Shown: positions 24,728 to 37,372, numbered from the stretch's first letter. The stretch: DNA of 64,000 bases from Eledone cirrhosa (GCA_964016885.1 OZ024741.1:194680001-194744000), one strand, 5' to 3'. The notes: generated by a model not told the origin, from the letters alone. Program-made: numbers and translations.

Positions 24728-26455
24728 TTACTTCCATTTTATGGTAGATGTGTTCAGAGCATCTACAGCTTTACGGTGTAGCTCAGGCTTTGATGAAACC
24801 TTCTGAGCAAATACTTCAAGTTCTCGGCGATCTTTCATTGCAACACATGTTTCAATGAAGGTCTCGTAACATTTCAGTTTTTGAGAGAGTTGTAAGCATT
24901 TTTCATTGTCATTCATTGCCAACAAATATTTTTTTATGTCAACTTCTTCAGCTCCAAACTGATACAAAAGTTCTGCAACTTTATCTAGTCCTATCACTGC
25001 CCTAAGCTTCTTGCCACTGAAAATGTTACCTTTTGTTGTTAACAGATCTTCAATGCTAGGCCATGCTTTCAAGTAAGCCCTGGCAGTTAAAGTTGTCCAT
25101 AAAAATTGTTTCTCTGTTAATTGGTGTTTGTTGCGCAGTATATTTGGTGAGGCAAATTCTGATTCTTTATCGTTGTAATGATACAGAGCACTATAATACA
25201 GGGAAAAAATGACAGATGAATCTACAAGAGGTTTTGAAGGTGGAATATTTTGTAAAATGGAATTATGTTGGTTATTTTTATCCATACTTTCAACAGTTTT
25301 TTGCCATTCTAGAAGTGCAAGTTGACTCTCAATCAACCAAAGTTCTGTTGACATAGATGAATAATTAGACTTATATTCTTGCAGGCATTTCTTGAGACTG
25401 CTAAACTTATTAGCTAAATCCTTACAACTGATTGCCTGTTTATACATGGTCATAGCTGCCTCTTCATGCATGTCCATTCCTTTTAAGAAGGATATGAGTT
25501 CAGAGTAGTTTTTCAGAGCACGCATATGACTTATGTAATGATTGGCAGCAATGATGTGGCTTTTAAGAATATCATGGAATATAGTATCATTAAGTGTCTG
25601 ACGAAGAAAGAGAGCAACTGTAATAATTATGTTACCATCATGACTTTCTATGGCTTTATTTAAAATGTCCACCTTCTCTTCACGTGTTCGATACATATTA
25701 ATGCCAGAGTGAACTTCTCCATCTCGAATTCTTTTAAGAGTCTCAGAAATTGGAGGTTTTAACCACTTTTCACGATCAGCTGTCCTTAGAGAATGTTTTA
25801 AAGAAATTACTTCAGCTTCGAGTTTATGTAGAGACGACGAAGATGCTGTTTTGGGAACAGATTTTTCAACCACATCATCTATACTTAAGTTAGATTCGGC
25901 AGAATTGAAGGCAGGTCTAGGAAATACTTGATTAGTGGTGTGTTGGCTACCTCGCCTTGAATTAATATGTGAATCTGGTAGAATACTACTAGTTGTATCA
26001 CTTTTCGATCGGCCGTGACCAAAGGAAGATGGCCCTATTTGTTGTAAACCACTGCCATTTGATTCAGAAGCTGGGGTCGAGGGAGAAGACGAACAATGTT
26101 GGTTGTTACCTGGTAAATTAGAGGGTTTCGCTGGGGTGCCTGTCCGTGATATAAGATTTGCCTGGAATCCTTGGTTTGACTTTAAGTTCAGATTCTTAGC
26201 AAGGGACTGCGCGTGGTCTCCTGGTGTTGTTACATCTCCAAAATCTATGAGAGTAGCAAGACTTTCACTCACCTCATCATTTTCATCTCGACAAGACAAA
26301 ATCTTAGAAGCAAAGTCTGATGCATTGTCAACAGAAATCTCATCATCGAATAAATTAAACTTGATGGTGGAACGTTCAATCTGCGATACAGCCCAAAAGT
26401 CGTCGCTGTCTACGGTGTTGTTGCGGCTCCGGCCGCTGTTTAGGTAAGTTGACAT
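24728..26455 (-). CDS. VIPAS39: Spermatogenesis-defective protein 39 homolog (VIPAS39/SPE-39/Vps16B), 575 aa, single coding exon
   Basis: First in-frame ATG at 26455 (MSTYLN...DSDDFW). C-terminal region SHDGNIIITVALFLRQTL, SLYYSALYHY, SPNILRNKHQLTEKQF, ARAYLKAW, IGLDKV, KDRRELE, IKWK matches my recollection of the SPE-39/VIPAS39 family; the N-terminus is low-complexity and Ser-rich. Confidence 0.92.
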   Translation of the reverse strand: MSTYLNSGRSRNNTVDSDDFWAVSQIERSTIKFNLFDDEISVDNASDFASKILSCRDENDEVSESLATLIDFGDVTTPGDHAQSLAKNLNLKSNQGFQANLISRTGTPAKPSNLPGNNQHCSSSPSTPASESNGSGLQQIGPSSFGHGRSKSDTTSSILPDSHINSRRGSQHTTNQVFPRPAFNSAESNLSIDDVVEKSVPKTASSSSLHKLEAEVISLKHSLRTADREKWLKPPISETLKRIRDGEVHSGINMYRTREEKVDILNKAIESHDGNIIITVALFLRQTLNDTIFHDILKSHIIAANHYISHMRALKNYSELISFLKGMDMHEEAAMTMYKQAISCKDLANKFSSLKKCLQEYKSNYSSMSTELWLIESQLALLEWQKTVESMDKNNQHNSILQNIPPSKPLVDSSVIFSLYYSALYHYNDKESEFASPNILRNKHQLTEKQFLWTTLTARAYLKAWPSIEDLLTTKGNIFSGKKLRAVIGLDKVAELLYQFGAEEVDIKKYLLAMNDNEKCLQLSQKLKCYETFIETCVAMKDRRELEVFAQKVSSKPELHRKAVDALNTSTIKWK

Positions 26456-26639
26456 GAGTGGTAGCCGCCACTGTCTTTTGGAGGAAGAGTACTGGTCTAG
26501 GCTAAGTCGAAGTGACGCTATCCAGGTGGGAAAAAGCAAACTATGTAACACAACAGAGTGTAAAAATAAACAAACACAGCAGTATATAAACGATCAAATA
26601 GTGTAACGCAGCAATGTGTAAACAGTGGGAGTGGTTGCA

Positions 26640-26765
26640 CTTGTAGCCATGTAACTCCCTCAACATAGTCAGACGGCGATTACGTCACTTCCTGTCGACT
26701 GCTACACTCTCACAGCAGTGGTAGTCTCCCTTTGTTTTCCGTAACTTTACTTCTGACGTCTTCCC
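26640..26765 (-). promoter_or_regulatory. Putative proximal promoter of VIPAS39 with overlapping ETS-CRE motif
   Basis: CAGGAAGTGACGTAAT on the minus strand (26679-26694) and a second TGACGTC at ~26754, about 230-300 nt upstream of the ATG in locally CpG-containing sequence. Confidence 0.55.
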
Positions 26766-29029
26766 TCTATGGTGTATCTGTATATAGGTGCATTTATGTC
26801 TATATGTATGCATATGTGTTTTAAAAGAGGAAGGGAGTCTGTATCTGTCTCACAGATAATTTCTCTTTTCTAGTGGGTATAGTTACAGTTTTTACCTTCG
26901 CACACTACCATCATCATTATCACGAGCCAATGAACGGGTGGTCGCTCGATTCGAGCCCGTCACCACATGGAGGTACACTGGATGGCATTGCCTCCCTACT
27001 TTCCAATAGTGCAACCACAGATTTAGAAAGATTTACGGTTTATTCCGAAACTCCACAGAATTATTGTGAATTAATGTCTACCAAGAAAGCCCCCCCCCCT
27101 CTCCTTCAAGCTCCAAAACCTGGCAATGGGCCTGGTTTCGACTTATTAAAAATAACGGTCAAACCCCCCCCCCCCAATCACACGCTAATTCTCTAAAATA
27201 GGGAAAAGACAAGATAATGTAAATCTAGTTTTACATAGTCCTAGGGTCATAAGTAGGTTATCTGTTTGGTCAAACCTGAGGTTAAACAACTATAACAATC
27301 ATAGTCTTTATCATCAACTCCACCACTATTATCATCACAATAATCTTTACTATCACCATCACCTCCCTCCTCACCAAAACTAACACCAGCACCAACACCC
27401 CACTCCCACCACATCACCACCATCATCATCATCATCACCACCACCACTAGTATGTATTGGATTAAACCTGGTTGATTCTTGCAAATACGACACTAGTGAT
27501 GACTGAGTTCAGAACGTAGAGGGAGAGAATTAACTACTTCAAGATATTCAGTCCCGTATTCCGCCGTTTCTATGATTTTCCTAGAAGTTAATTATAATTC
27601 GAAGTTTGTTCAATCTTAACATTTCCTTCCACTTAGTATTATCTTAGTTATCTGCCCCTGGCTATTTGTCTTAGTTATCTGCCCATATCTCTTCTTCTGT
27701 CGACAAACTTCACCCATGTTCGGGCAGATTAGGTAAAATATATATTTTTATTTTGTTTTAAAACTACTTTAATTTATTAGGAAGGAAGACAGAACATTCA
27801 CAATCATCCACAAACTTGTCTTATATTATTTCTTCAACTGGATCTCCGTTGTTGTTTGAGTTCTGTCTTATGCTCTGTGTCTCTGTTTACTGATATAATT
27901 ACAACTTCCCTCTTGAATTGAACTTGTGGTCACTGATTTCATTGTTATATGATTACAACATTGTTACTGTATGTGCCATAGACTATACTTAAAGTATAAA
28001 TGGTATATCTATTCATAAGTCGCAAGTCAAAATCTGTCCATATATTTCGTTGTTTGGAAAAAAACAAACAAACCCCAAAACACCGAAAAAAAAGAACAAA
28101 CATACGAAAAAATATTTCATATACTTCACGATAGTTTCCATATTTTCTGTGAATAATTTTGTTTGAGATATAAGGAAGTCACTCCAGTAAATTCTGTAAT
28201 TATTTTCACCCGTTGATGACTATCCCCAGATGCTGCTCTAAAACTCACAGTACGCGGGAAATGATGAGAACCGCATCACTTATAAAAGTCTCTATGGACT
28301 CTTGTAACTAGCCAAAAATCTATTTTCAATCAGGAGAGTAAATAGTCGATATCTATCATCAATATATGATTACAAAGGAACTTTAACGGGGATATTTAGA
28401 AGTACATTATCTAATGTTTTCTTTTTAAAGACAGTGGCTTGATATTTAGCTGCTATTTCTAACATGTTAAACAACCACATAAAGGCAATCGAGGCCACAA
28501 CATCAGACCTGAATCCTCAGTCATCTTATCAAACCATTGGATCCAGGGTTTTGTTTGGATTATGGCTGCATGTGATGGTTAGAGTTTGTGTACATTTGTA
28601 TGGGGTATTGATGTATTAAAAGTTTAAATTATAAAAATTTGTTGGAAATATTTTCAAGGGAATGTGTAAATAACACTAATGACGGTGTAAATTTAGAAAA
28701 ACTTTCATTGTAAAACAATTACTCCAGATATTTTAACATCTTATTTACATAGAATTTGAAGTTGGTGAAAATTGGTAAGATATTGCACTCGAGTATAAGC
28801 TGACCCCCCCCCCCCCATTTTACATTTGATTTTTTTTGTCACCTATTTCTTACCTAATATTCGAGTATATATGGTATATACACACAGTGTAATCCACAAC
28901 TACATAAAATATATAGTAGAATTACAGACAGGTTAATGGAGGAGATAGATTTGTACATGGCAGATGCACAGGTGAAGTAAGCACTAAGAGCATATATGAA
29001 AAAAACTTTTTCAATTGTCCAGGAGGCTC

Positions 29030-29580
29030 CCTAGAAGTTGTTGACAGTATTTGTTACCTATGGGATCTAATCATCTGTTGAGGAGGATGATCTGAATGTG
29101 TGGTAGCCAAAGTAAGAAAGGGCTTGAAGTTTAGGGAACTAGTATATCTACTGACAACAAAGGGTTTTTCTCTCAGATTGAAGGGTAGACTTTATGTCTG
29201 CATATAAACTGCAATGCTACATGGCAGTGAGACGTAAGCCTTGAATGCAAAAGACCCGTGAAGGCTAGAAATCAATGAAGTATGCTCTAATGGACATGTA
29301 ATATCTGCATGAATGACATAGCATAAGCAAGTTGAGAGAAAAACTTTGTATATGAGGAATCCAATGCATTGTGCAAGAGAGAACTGATGGGTATGGAAAA
29401 TGACAACTGTATAAAGAAGTGCAGAGAAATCTCTGTGGAAGAGGTAAACCTAAGAAGACAGGATGACGTAGTGAAAACTGATTTTAGGAAGCTGAATCTC
29501 ACCACAGAGATGACAAAGGACCACAAAGCAACATCCAGTGATAGAGAAGACTACCAGATTAAAAAAGTGACCTGACCCAC
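29030..29580 (+). mobile_element. Decayed RTE LINE 3' region
   Basis: YL.D, KGFSLRLKGRLY, AMLHGSET and CIKKCREI remnants. Confidence 0.8.
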
Positions 29581-30279
29581 TCATTCCCCCCACCACCTAC
29601 TCTCTAATTAACTACCTGTCTTTCTATCTACCCAAATCTGTCTACCTAAAATAATTGTTGGTGGTGTATATGCTGATTAATATTACTTTTCCTATCTATC
29701 CCTTTTTCTTACTTCAATATCTTCCTCCCTTCTTTTTTCTGTCTCTCACAATTCCTCCCTTTCTATGTTGCACACACATCTTTTAAGAACTTTTATTATT
29801 TCTCATCTTACCTTTCTGTTCCATTGTTTAAAACAACAACAAATACAACAATAATAACAATTGTGTAAACAGGATTGTGGGACTAACAAGAACAATAACA
29901 ACACTATTATATGTCTACCTGTCTACCTACCTATCAACCATCCGTTCTTCATGGCATGCATTACTGCCCTTATCTTTGGTCTTCCCAGTCGTACCATAAA
30001 CACTTCATACCCATCCTTTTCCATTCAGTCGGCTTACACATCTCTTATTATTAGACTATTTTATTGAGTCAAAGCTACTGTAAAATTTTCTAATTTTCTA
30101 ATTTGGGATACTTTTTCATCTGTATTTGTGTAATTCGCTGAAAAGCATAACTTTTCCTGTCTTTGTCTTTACTTGTTTTGTTATGTGAACTGGAATGAAC
30201 GGTATTAATCTTAATCACCATACTGATTTCCACTTTTAATTAATATTCTAAAGCCATACAAGTTGATTTTGAAATTATA

Positions 30280-32100
30280 TATCATCATCATCATCGTTTA
30301 ACGTCCATCTTCCACGCTAGCATGGGTTTGGACGAGAATTTTCCCACTTGAGGCAAGATTGGTTGTCTTGCTCGCATAGGACTGTCTGGCGGGTTTTTTA
30401 CGGCTGGATGCTCTTCCTAACACCAACCACGTTTACAGTGTGGACTGGGAGGTTTTTACCGTGTTACCTACACGGCCACATTATAGCGTGGACTGTGTGT
30501 TTTTTTGTCGTGACACCTACACGCCCTCATTTGTTTCAGACTGGATGCTGTGGTACCAACATAACTTTACATTGGAAGGGGTGGTGTGGATGGGGTGGGG
30601 GTAGTGGGGCCGGGGTGTATTTTTGTTAGAGGTGCCTACTGACTGTAGGTTTCGCTTTGTACTTAGGCAAGGCGGGTCTTCTGTATTACTGTGTATCGCC
30701 AAAGATCTCGGTCCAGTGACATTGTCTTGGAGAGGTGTAAGTGTATGAGGTCGGAATTTATCAAGTCGTCCCAGGTTTTTCTGGGTCTGCCTACTCCGTG
30801 GCTACCGTCTATCTTTATTGCCCTGCACTTTTTTATACAGCTGTCGTCTTTCATGCGCATCATGTGACCGTACCAACGTAGTCTACTCTCGAGTAAACAG
30901 CATCTGATCCCTCTTATTCCTAATTTCTCTCTTAGTTCGTTTATTCTTTGCCGTTCACGTATATTACTATTACACATCCAGCGGAGCATGCATGCTTCGT
31001 TCCTCTCCAGTCTGCGTATATCCTCTGCACACAATGCCCAGGTCTCACTGCCATGCAACATTGCTGTTCGTATGCAGGCATCATACAGCCTGCCTTTCAT
31101 TTTTAGAGAGAACCCTTTAGCGGCCAATAGTGGTATAAGCTCTCTGAACTTTTTCCATCCTGTTATGACTCTAGCTACTGAACTTTCAGAGCACCCTCCA
31201 CCACTGCTGATTTTGTCACCCAGGTAACGGAAGGTGTCCACTATTTCTATAGAACCATCTGTGCAATGGAATGAGCTAGTATTCTGTGGGCACTTGCTGC
31301 TACTTATTGCACCAGAGCACCGGCCACATATAAAATCTATATTCTTAGTTAGCTTACCTGTGATCCCACTACATCTTTTATGCACCCATACTTTGCATTT
31401 GGGACATAAAATGGAGTTTCTGCCTACTCCTTTCCTACACACTGAGCATGGCCATTTCCCAGATGGGACTGGTGCCCTATTTTCCTTCCTACAAACTAGA
31501 ACTTTAGTCTTAGACAGGTTAATTTTAAGGCCTTTTGATTCTAGGCCATGCTTCCATATTTGGAATTTCTTCTCTAGTTCGGCCATTGATTCAGCTATGA
31601 GCATTAGATCATCTGCGTATAGGAGTTCCCATGAGCAGCCGGTCTTGAACTCCTCTGTTATAGCCTGAAGGGCAATAATAAATAGGAGGGGGCTAAGGAC
31701 GGAGCCCTGATGAACACCAACCTTTACGCTAAACTCTTCACTATATTCGTTGTTAATTCTAACCTTGCTGACTGTTTCTTTATACATGGCTTGTATAGCT
31801 CTCACAAGCCATTCATCAACATCTAGTTTTCTAAGAGCCCACCAGATAATGGAGCGGGGGACTCTGTCAAAGGCTTTCTCCAAGTCAACAAAAGCTAAGT
31901 ATAGGGGTTTACTTTTAGCTAGGTACTTCTCCTGTAGTTGTCGTACAATGAAAAGAGTGTCTGTGGTACTTTTACCTGACACAAACCCGAACATCAATTC
32001 ACTCTGATTAGTTGCGCTATTACTTTTTCAGTGACCTTCATGACCTGGTCGATTAATTTAATGCCTCTATAGTTACCCCTATCTAGGGCATCTTCTTTTA
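30280..32100 (-). mobile_element. 5'-truncated, well-preserved RTE LINE (444-aa open RT/C-terminal frame, 3' UTR and (TGA)n tail)
   Basis: ORF 31997-30663 with FVDLEKAFD, GVHQGSVLSPLLF, YADD, FRYLGD, RLRWYGH, GRPRKTW; C4HC3 finger at 31317-31448; tail GGACGTTAAACGATGATGATG. Confidence 0.96.
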
Positions 32101-32164
32101 TGTATAGTTAAAAAAAGGACAACACAGAGATACAATAACAATAGTCTTATTAATTTCACTGCGA

Positions 32165-32420
32165 TAGTGTAGGTGTCACGGCAAAAACCCAGTTGACACT
32201 GTGAAGTGGTTGTGTAGGCATCATAGCAAAAAGCACCCAACACTCACTGTGACAGGTTGGTGTTAGGAATGGCATCCAGCTGTAGAAACCAAGCAAAAAA
32301 TGGTTCTGTACGAGCTAAACATGGTCACCTGACCTGGCATTGCTCACAACAGGATAACTCGTCTAATCCATGCCAGCATGGAAAAATGGACGTTAAACGA
32401 AGATGATGATGATGATGATA
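32165..32420 (+). mobile_element. RTE 3' UTR / RTE-tail SINE fragment
   Basis: GGCATCCAGCTGTAGAAACC...GCATGGAAAAATGGACGTTAAACG(ATG)n; carries two diverged units of the 48-bp repeat expanded at 40250-41305. Confidence 0.8.
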
Positions 32421-32649
32421 TATATATATGTATCATCAATGTTCACTGGACTTTTGAAAACATGAAAGCGTTTGCTTGTGGCATATCAACTTCACATAAT
32501 TGTGTTAACATCTGATGTTTTCACACCTATGCCAGTTGCTGTTGTAATGATTGCATAACAGCTCTACACTATTGTTAATGAAATATGCATCATCACATAA
32601 ATATAAATTATGTAACATCTGTCTTAATGTTAATTTCATACATATATAT

Positions 32650-34340
32650 AATCACCCAGAAACATTAGTGTCTGCTGTTCTGTTTATATGCCAACACAAG
32701 AGCAAGAATGACGAGGTTGTTCTACTCACATGGCTTAAGAGGCTGTTTGTATGATTGCAAATGAATCAAAAATTATTATTAACTAGCAGTGGTACCCGGC
32801 ATTGCACGGGATAAGGTATTTTGGAATGCAGGCCACCAAGACCTAATCGTGGAAAAACTGCATGCCTGGACAATATGTAAAGAAAATAAACCGAATACTC
32901 TGATGGCTGGATAATCTTTAAGATTTTCCTCGATGAAGCAGGAAAAATGCAGGTTTTCACCTATGCGGGCCCTAACGCCTCAAAAAACCCCTAAAAATCT
33001 TTAAAAACGCAGTTTTTCACCTAATGCGGGCCTTAGGAGATCAAAAAGTTGAATTTGTTCATGTGCATAACACTCTCTGAAACATAAGTAATACACATGT
33101 AAAGTTTGAAAAATATCGGTTGGGTACTTCTCGAGTTTTAGGGATTCAAACTCACACACACACACACACACATCCTGAGGGAAGTGACGTAATTCAGACA
33201 TCCAGACATACAGATAGATATTTTAAGGACGCGACGTTATATGTATGTATCTATCTAAAAAGAGAAAGACTAAGAATTATAGAGAGAGATCGCTAAATCG
33301 CCTGTGGTCCCTAGGGCATTGAACATTTGAAATCTTTTTTGCTCAGAACACTCTCTGAAACATAAGTATTACATGTGTAAAGTTTGAAAACAGTCGGTTG
33401 GGTGGTTCTCGAGTTTTAGGGATTCAAACTCACACACACACACAGACAGACATTCTCAGTTTTATATATATAGATATTCGAAAAACTCAGATTTACATTT
33501 CTTGTATTCAATCATGTAGAGCGATAAAACTATTTGTTAGTTATTTGACTCTGGCAAAACCGGCCATTAATCATTCGTATACATAAAACTGACTGGCCTA
33601 TCTGCTGATATGCAAATCTGGATGATCAGTTGGTTTGCCAATATGCAGATCTGACTGATCAGGCAGTTTGCTGATATGCAAATCAGGCTGATCAGTCACT
33701 GTATATTCCAGAAAATATCATATATTTTCACTAGCTCTGACAGTTGGCAGGTAAGCAGTAACGGTACTGATGAAGGGTAATCACCCAGAAACATTAGTGT
33801 CTGCCGTTCTGTTTAAATGCCAACACGAGCAAGAATGACAAAGTTGTTTACACATCTCTTATTATTAGACTATTTTATTGAGTCAAAGCTACTGTAAAAT
33901 TTTCTAATTCAATTTCATATATATGTATAATAATATCAATATTAATGCACTGAAACCGTAGTGGTTTCTAGAGGTTGATTGAGATGGGACTGTCTGTTTT
34001 TCTGTTGTTTTTTCCATTGTCTTTGTCCTCTCCCCCACTTATTTTTAATTAATGTTCTAAAAACTTAGCCATGTGGGCTTTTTTTAAAAATTATCATATA
34101 ATAGACATCTCTATTCTGCCTAGTTACCCTTTCTACACCTCAGTGTCATTCTTTTTTGTCTGCATGTTGGACTGCAAATCTGGCTGATCAGTTGGTCTGC
34201 TAATATGCAGATCTGACTGATCAGGCAGTTTGCTGATATGCAAGTTGTTCTACTCACATGGTTTATGAGGCTGTTTGCATAATTGCAAATGAATCGAATA
34301 TTATTAATATCTGAAAAACTCAGATTTACATTTCATATAT
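32650..34340 (+). repeat. Locally duplicated Penelope pLTR-like segments interrupted by a Helitron
   Basis: 32650-32782 plus 33475-33500 recurs in pieces at 33778-33848 and 34243-34334; 33848-33909 duplicates 30034-30095; a degenerate CTGATGAAGGGT..ACCCAGAAAC core sits at 33767. Confidence 0.55.
32783..33474 (-). mobile_element. Non-autonomous Helitron
   Basis: 5' TCTATATATATAAAACTGAG, 3' hairpin CCCGTGCAATGCCGGG then CTAG; inserted between A and T with no TSD; an empty-site paralogue is visible at ~34300-34320. Confidence 0.9.
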
Positions 34341-34355
34341 ATATATATGTAAAAG

Positions 34356-34670
34356 TTAAAGACCCCTTCGGTCACAAATGACCATGGGATTTGCAACTAG
34401 AAAGTTCCCCTCTGATGCACAAGTCTGGGCAAAGTTGTTTGTGGAAGACCAGCAGTCACCCATGCATACCAGCCTCCCCCTCCATGCCACCAATGTTGTC
34501 CAAGGGAAAGGCAATGTCTGATACAATTTAGCACCTGTGACATTGCAACTCATTTCTACAGCTGAGTAAAATAAAGTGTTTTGCTCAAGGACACAACACA
34601 TCTCCCGGTCTGAGAATCGAACTCACAACCTCCTGATTGCATGCTGAATGGTCTAACCACTATACCATAT
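34356..34670 (-). mobile_element. tRNA-headed SINE
   Basis: Minus strand TAGTGGTTAGA...GAGTTCGATTCT (A/B box-like) followed by TGTGTTGTGTCCTTGAGCAA; related copies at ~40.0, 44.3, 46.4, 58.6 and 62.6 kb. Confidence 0.75.
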
Positions 34671-35311
34671 GTATGTGTGTGTATGTAGTAAGAAAATTGT
34701 GGATGTGAAAAAGGAAAAATGTGCTCAATCTGGTATGTGAGCTAATGTTTATGTTCATACACGGAACAAAAAGCGTTACCTAAGGTTTCAGTGTCCAGTT
34801 ATGACCATCTCCCCAGATTGTGTATGGTGGTGCAGATTGGAAGAGTCATCAAATTTGTGACCTAGTCATCAGGCACTTGGATTAGTTTGAAGATACAGTT
34901 AGAAAATATAGCTTGTTAAATGCTTCTATAAGAGAAAAATACCTATATATTATAAATGTATTATAACAAAGAGAAATAACTCAAAATGTAAATTTGAAAT
35001 GGCTATGTTACTGTTTGTGTGCACTTAATATTGCAGATGCATGTGATTATGTGGTGGTAAATAATATAGAAATCTTTATAATTATTTAAGTTTTGGAGTT
35101 GAGTAGTATAGAAAGTGTATTGAATTATGTAAGTGTGGAAAAAGAAAGGTTATTTAGAAAATACAGAAATCAATATCAAGTTGTTTGAAGCTCAGCTAAA
35201 TTCATTGTTTCCACTTAGCAAGGAGTTTGCCTTTGAGATGTAGACATCCTCTAAAAATTTAGTTCTTTGAGTTCAGATATTTATTGTTTGTAGAACTCAA
35301 ACCTTGTAATA

Positions 35312-36208
35312 CTGTCATACCTCGCGGTACGTGTTTAATTCGTTCCATAACTGAGCTCGTTTTACGATTTATTCCTTTTATAAATCCCTATTGAAATTAA
35401 TTGAAATATAATTAATCCATTCCAGTCCCACCAATCGTTTTTTATGGGTTTTAAAACAGAAAAGGTGCAGTAACAAGGAAAATGACAATTATATAAACAT
35501 AATAAAAGAGAATGCAAAAGAAATGTGTAAATTGCTTTTATTAATTTAATTACCTTAATGTGCGAGGAAGATGATGGAGTGGGGTGGAGGAGGATTATTG
35601 TTTGGAAGAAGAATCTCCTTCCATTAAGACTTCAAGAAGAACAATTTCTGGGTTTTTCTCTCTCACTTAGCTTAATTTAGGGTTTTGGGACACTTTCTTC
35701 ACTGTCCACACATTCAGATCGTTTCAATAGAAACATATCAAGAGAAGTCTGCTTTTTCCTGCCTTTCAAAATGTTATGAAAATGCACCATAGCAGTGTCA
35801 TTAAATAAAGCAGCTGCACGACCTGTAGATACTTTTTCAGGATGATTTTTTTTTCCACAAATTCAGAAACATCCTGTCACTTGGTCAACACTGCCTTTAT
35901 GTTACTCCTAGAGATTGCCTTCTCCACTACAATGTCCTCCTCTGGGGAACCAATCTCTTCCACTAATTATTATAAAATAAAAGCAAAAAACACACAAAAC
36001 TAAAAAAAAATGGAAAAAACCTTATAGGGATGCTGCCACAATGAGATAAACATGTGAGTGAGCGGAAGCTGCGCTTGTTTGGAGAGCGTGTGCGAGCTCA
36101 GCGCCGACTAGAGGTCTCTTGTATGAAACTAGCATACTACAAGACAAAAATTCACATAAGCCTCAGCTCATACAGCAGATTACTCGTACAATGGTGCACT
36201 TGCACTGT
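35312..36208 (-). mobile_element. Internally deleted pogo/Tigger-like DNA transposon
   Basis: TA-flanked degenerate termini (CTGTCATACCTCG... / ...CTTGCACTG); minus-strand remnant KKQTSLDMFL typical of Tigger C-termini. Confidence 0.6.
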
Positions 36209-36609
36209 ATCTTAAATTTTTCATTGAGGCAGAAACATCGCTTGGTACCGTTGGTGTAAGGTCTGGGCCTTTCAAGTTCATTCCAAGTAATCTTATGAGG
36301 CATTTCTTTCTCCTTTATTGCCAGACACTTTTTGCCAGGGTCGTGCTGGTTCTCATATCAGGGTTCCTGAAGGAGTGGATATGTGCGTAAAATTGTTTAA
36401 AATGATCTTGTCCCATACCCACATATCTTTCACTAACTTCAGAATTTTCTGTGGTGCTCTGTGCAATCTCTGTCTCATACACAATGGATTTGATATAACA
36501 TTTCTGTTGCAGAGGACAGTTCTCTTTATTCCTACAAAAGTAACTCGGTTTACTCTTTGCAGTAATTTTTTATCTGGTTTATTCTTTGAAGTAATTTTTT
36601 ATCTCTTTT

Positions 36610-37050
36610 TCTTCTTCAGCTACTTAGTCCTGAAAGAGTCATGGGGGGCAGAGTCCTCAAACACTCCTTCTAGTGCGTCCTGTCAGAAGCAACCGTCTCC
36701 AACTGATCCAGCTGGAACCCGAAGCAAGACCAGCCAAGCTCATGGATGTTATCTAACCATCTTGCTTGGTGTCTACCCCTGGGTCTCCTGCCAGTTGGTT
36801 TTTCCCATAAAATCTGTCCAGCAATTCTTTTCTGAGACATTCTAACCACATGCCCATAGTATCGGTGTTGCGATGCCTCAATTTGAAGAAGTAGTGGCTC
36901 TACCTTGAAGTTTGCGAGTTTGGCTTTTACATTCTGATTACTGATTACTGAAGCTGGTGCAGTAATGCACAACTTTTGCAATTCTTTCACTTAATTCAGC
37001 CTCTTACTTTCCCTCACTCATGAGCACGGCCTCGAGATACTTGAACTTTT
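36610..37050 (-). mobile_element. RTE LINE (second family) 3' fragment with (GAA)n tail
   Basis: RYYGHVVRM...GRRPRGR..ARWLDNI; same family at 37800-38360, 51329-51455, 55023-55720 and 57735-58100. Confidence 0.85.
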
Positions 37051-37372
37051 CGATCTCATAGAACAAAATTTTTAGAGGATGTCTACATCTTAAAGGTCAA
37101 CTTCTTTGCCCTTTACTCATATCTAGATGCCCTTTACTCATATCTAGAACTTAAATCATGTTTTGAATGGTCTATGCTGCTAGATATCACATGTTATTTC
37201 TCTTCTCTCTTATATTTACTTTCTCCTTTTTATCAAAGACCATCAAGTGGAATTTGTGGAATCTCATTATTTCTTTAATTTGGAAAATTTTCCTGATTGC
37301 CATTGTTAATGTTATCTTTATTAATACTTTCAGTTACCACATTTTATGTATCGTGAAATCCAACGATGACAA

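Noticed and set aside
26103-26447. Antisense ORFs overlapping VIPAS39, ZWILCH, the DD37D transposase and the RTE ORF
   Set aside because: Shadow frames of real coding sequence with no independent motifs.
26456-26551. 32-aa N-terminal extension of VIPAS39 shown in the ORF track
   Set aside because: It begins at a non-ATG codon; the first ATG is at 26455.
26873-27196. 107-aa ORF divergent from VIPAS39
   Set aside because: Non-ATG start, homopolymer-derived proline runs and no recognisable domain.
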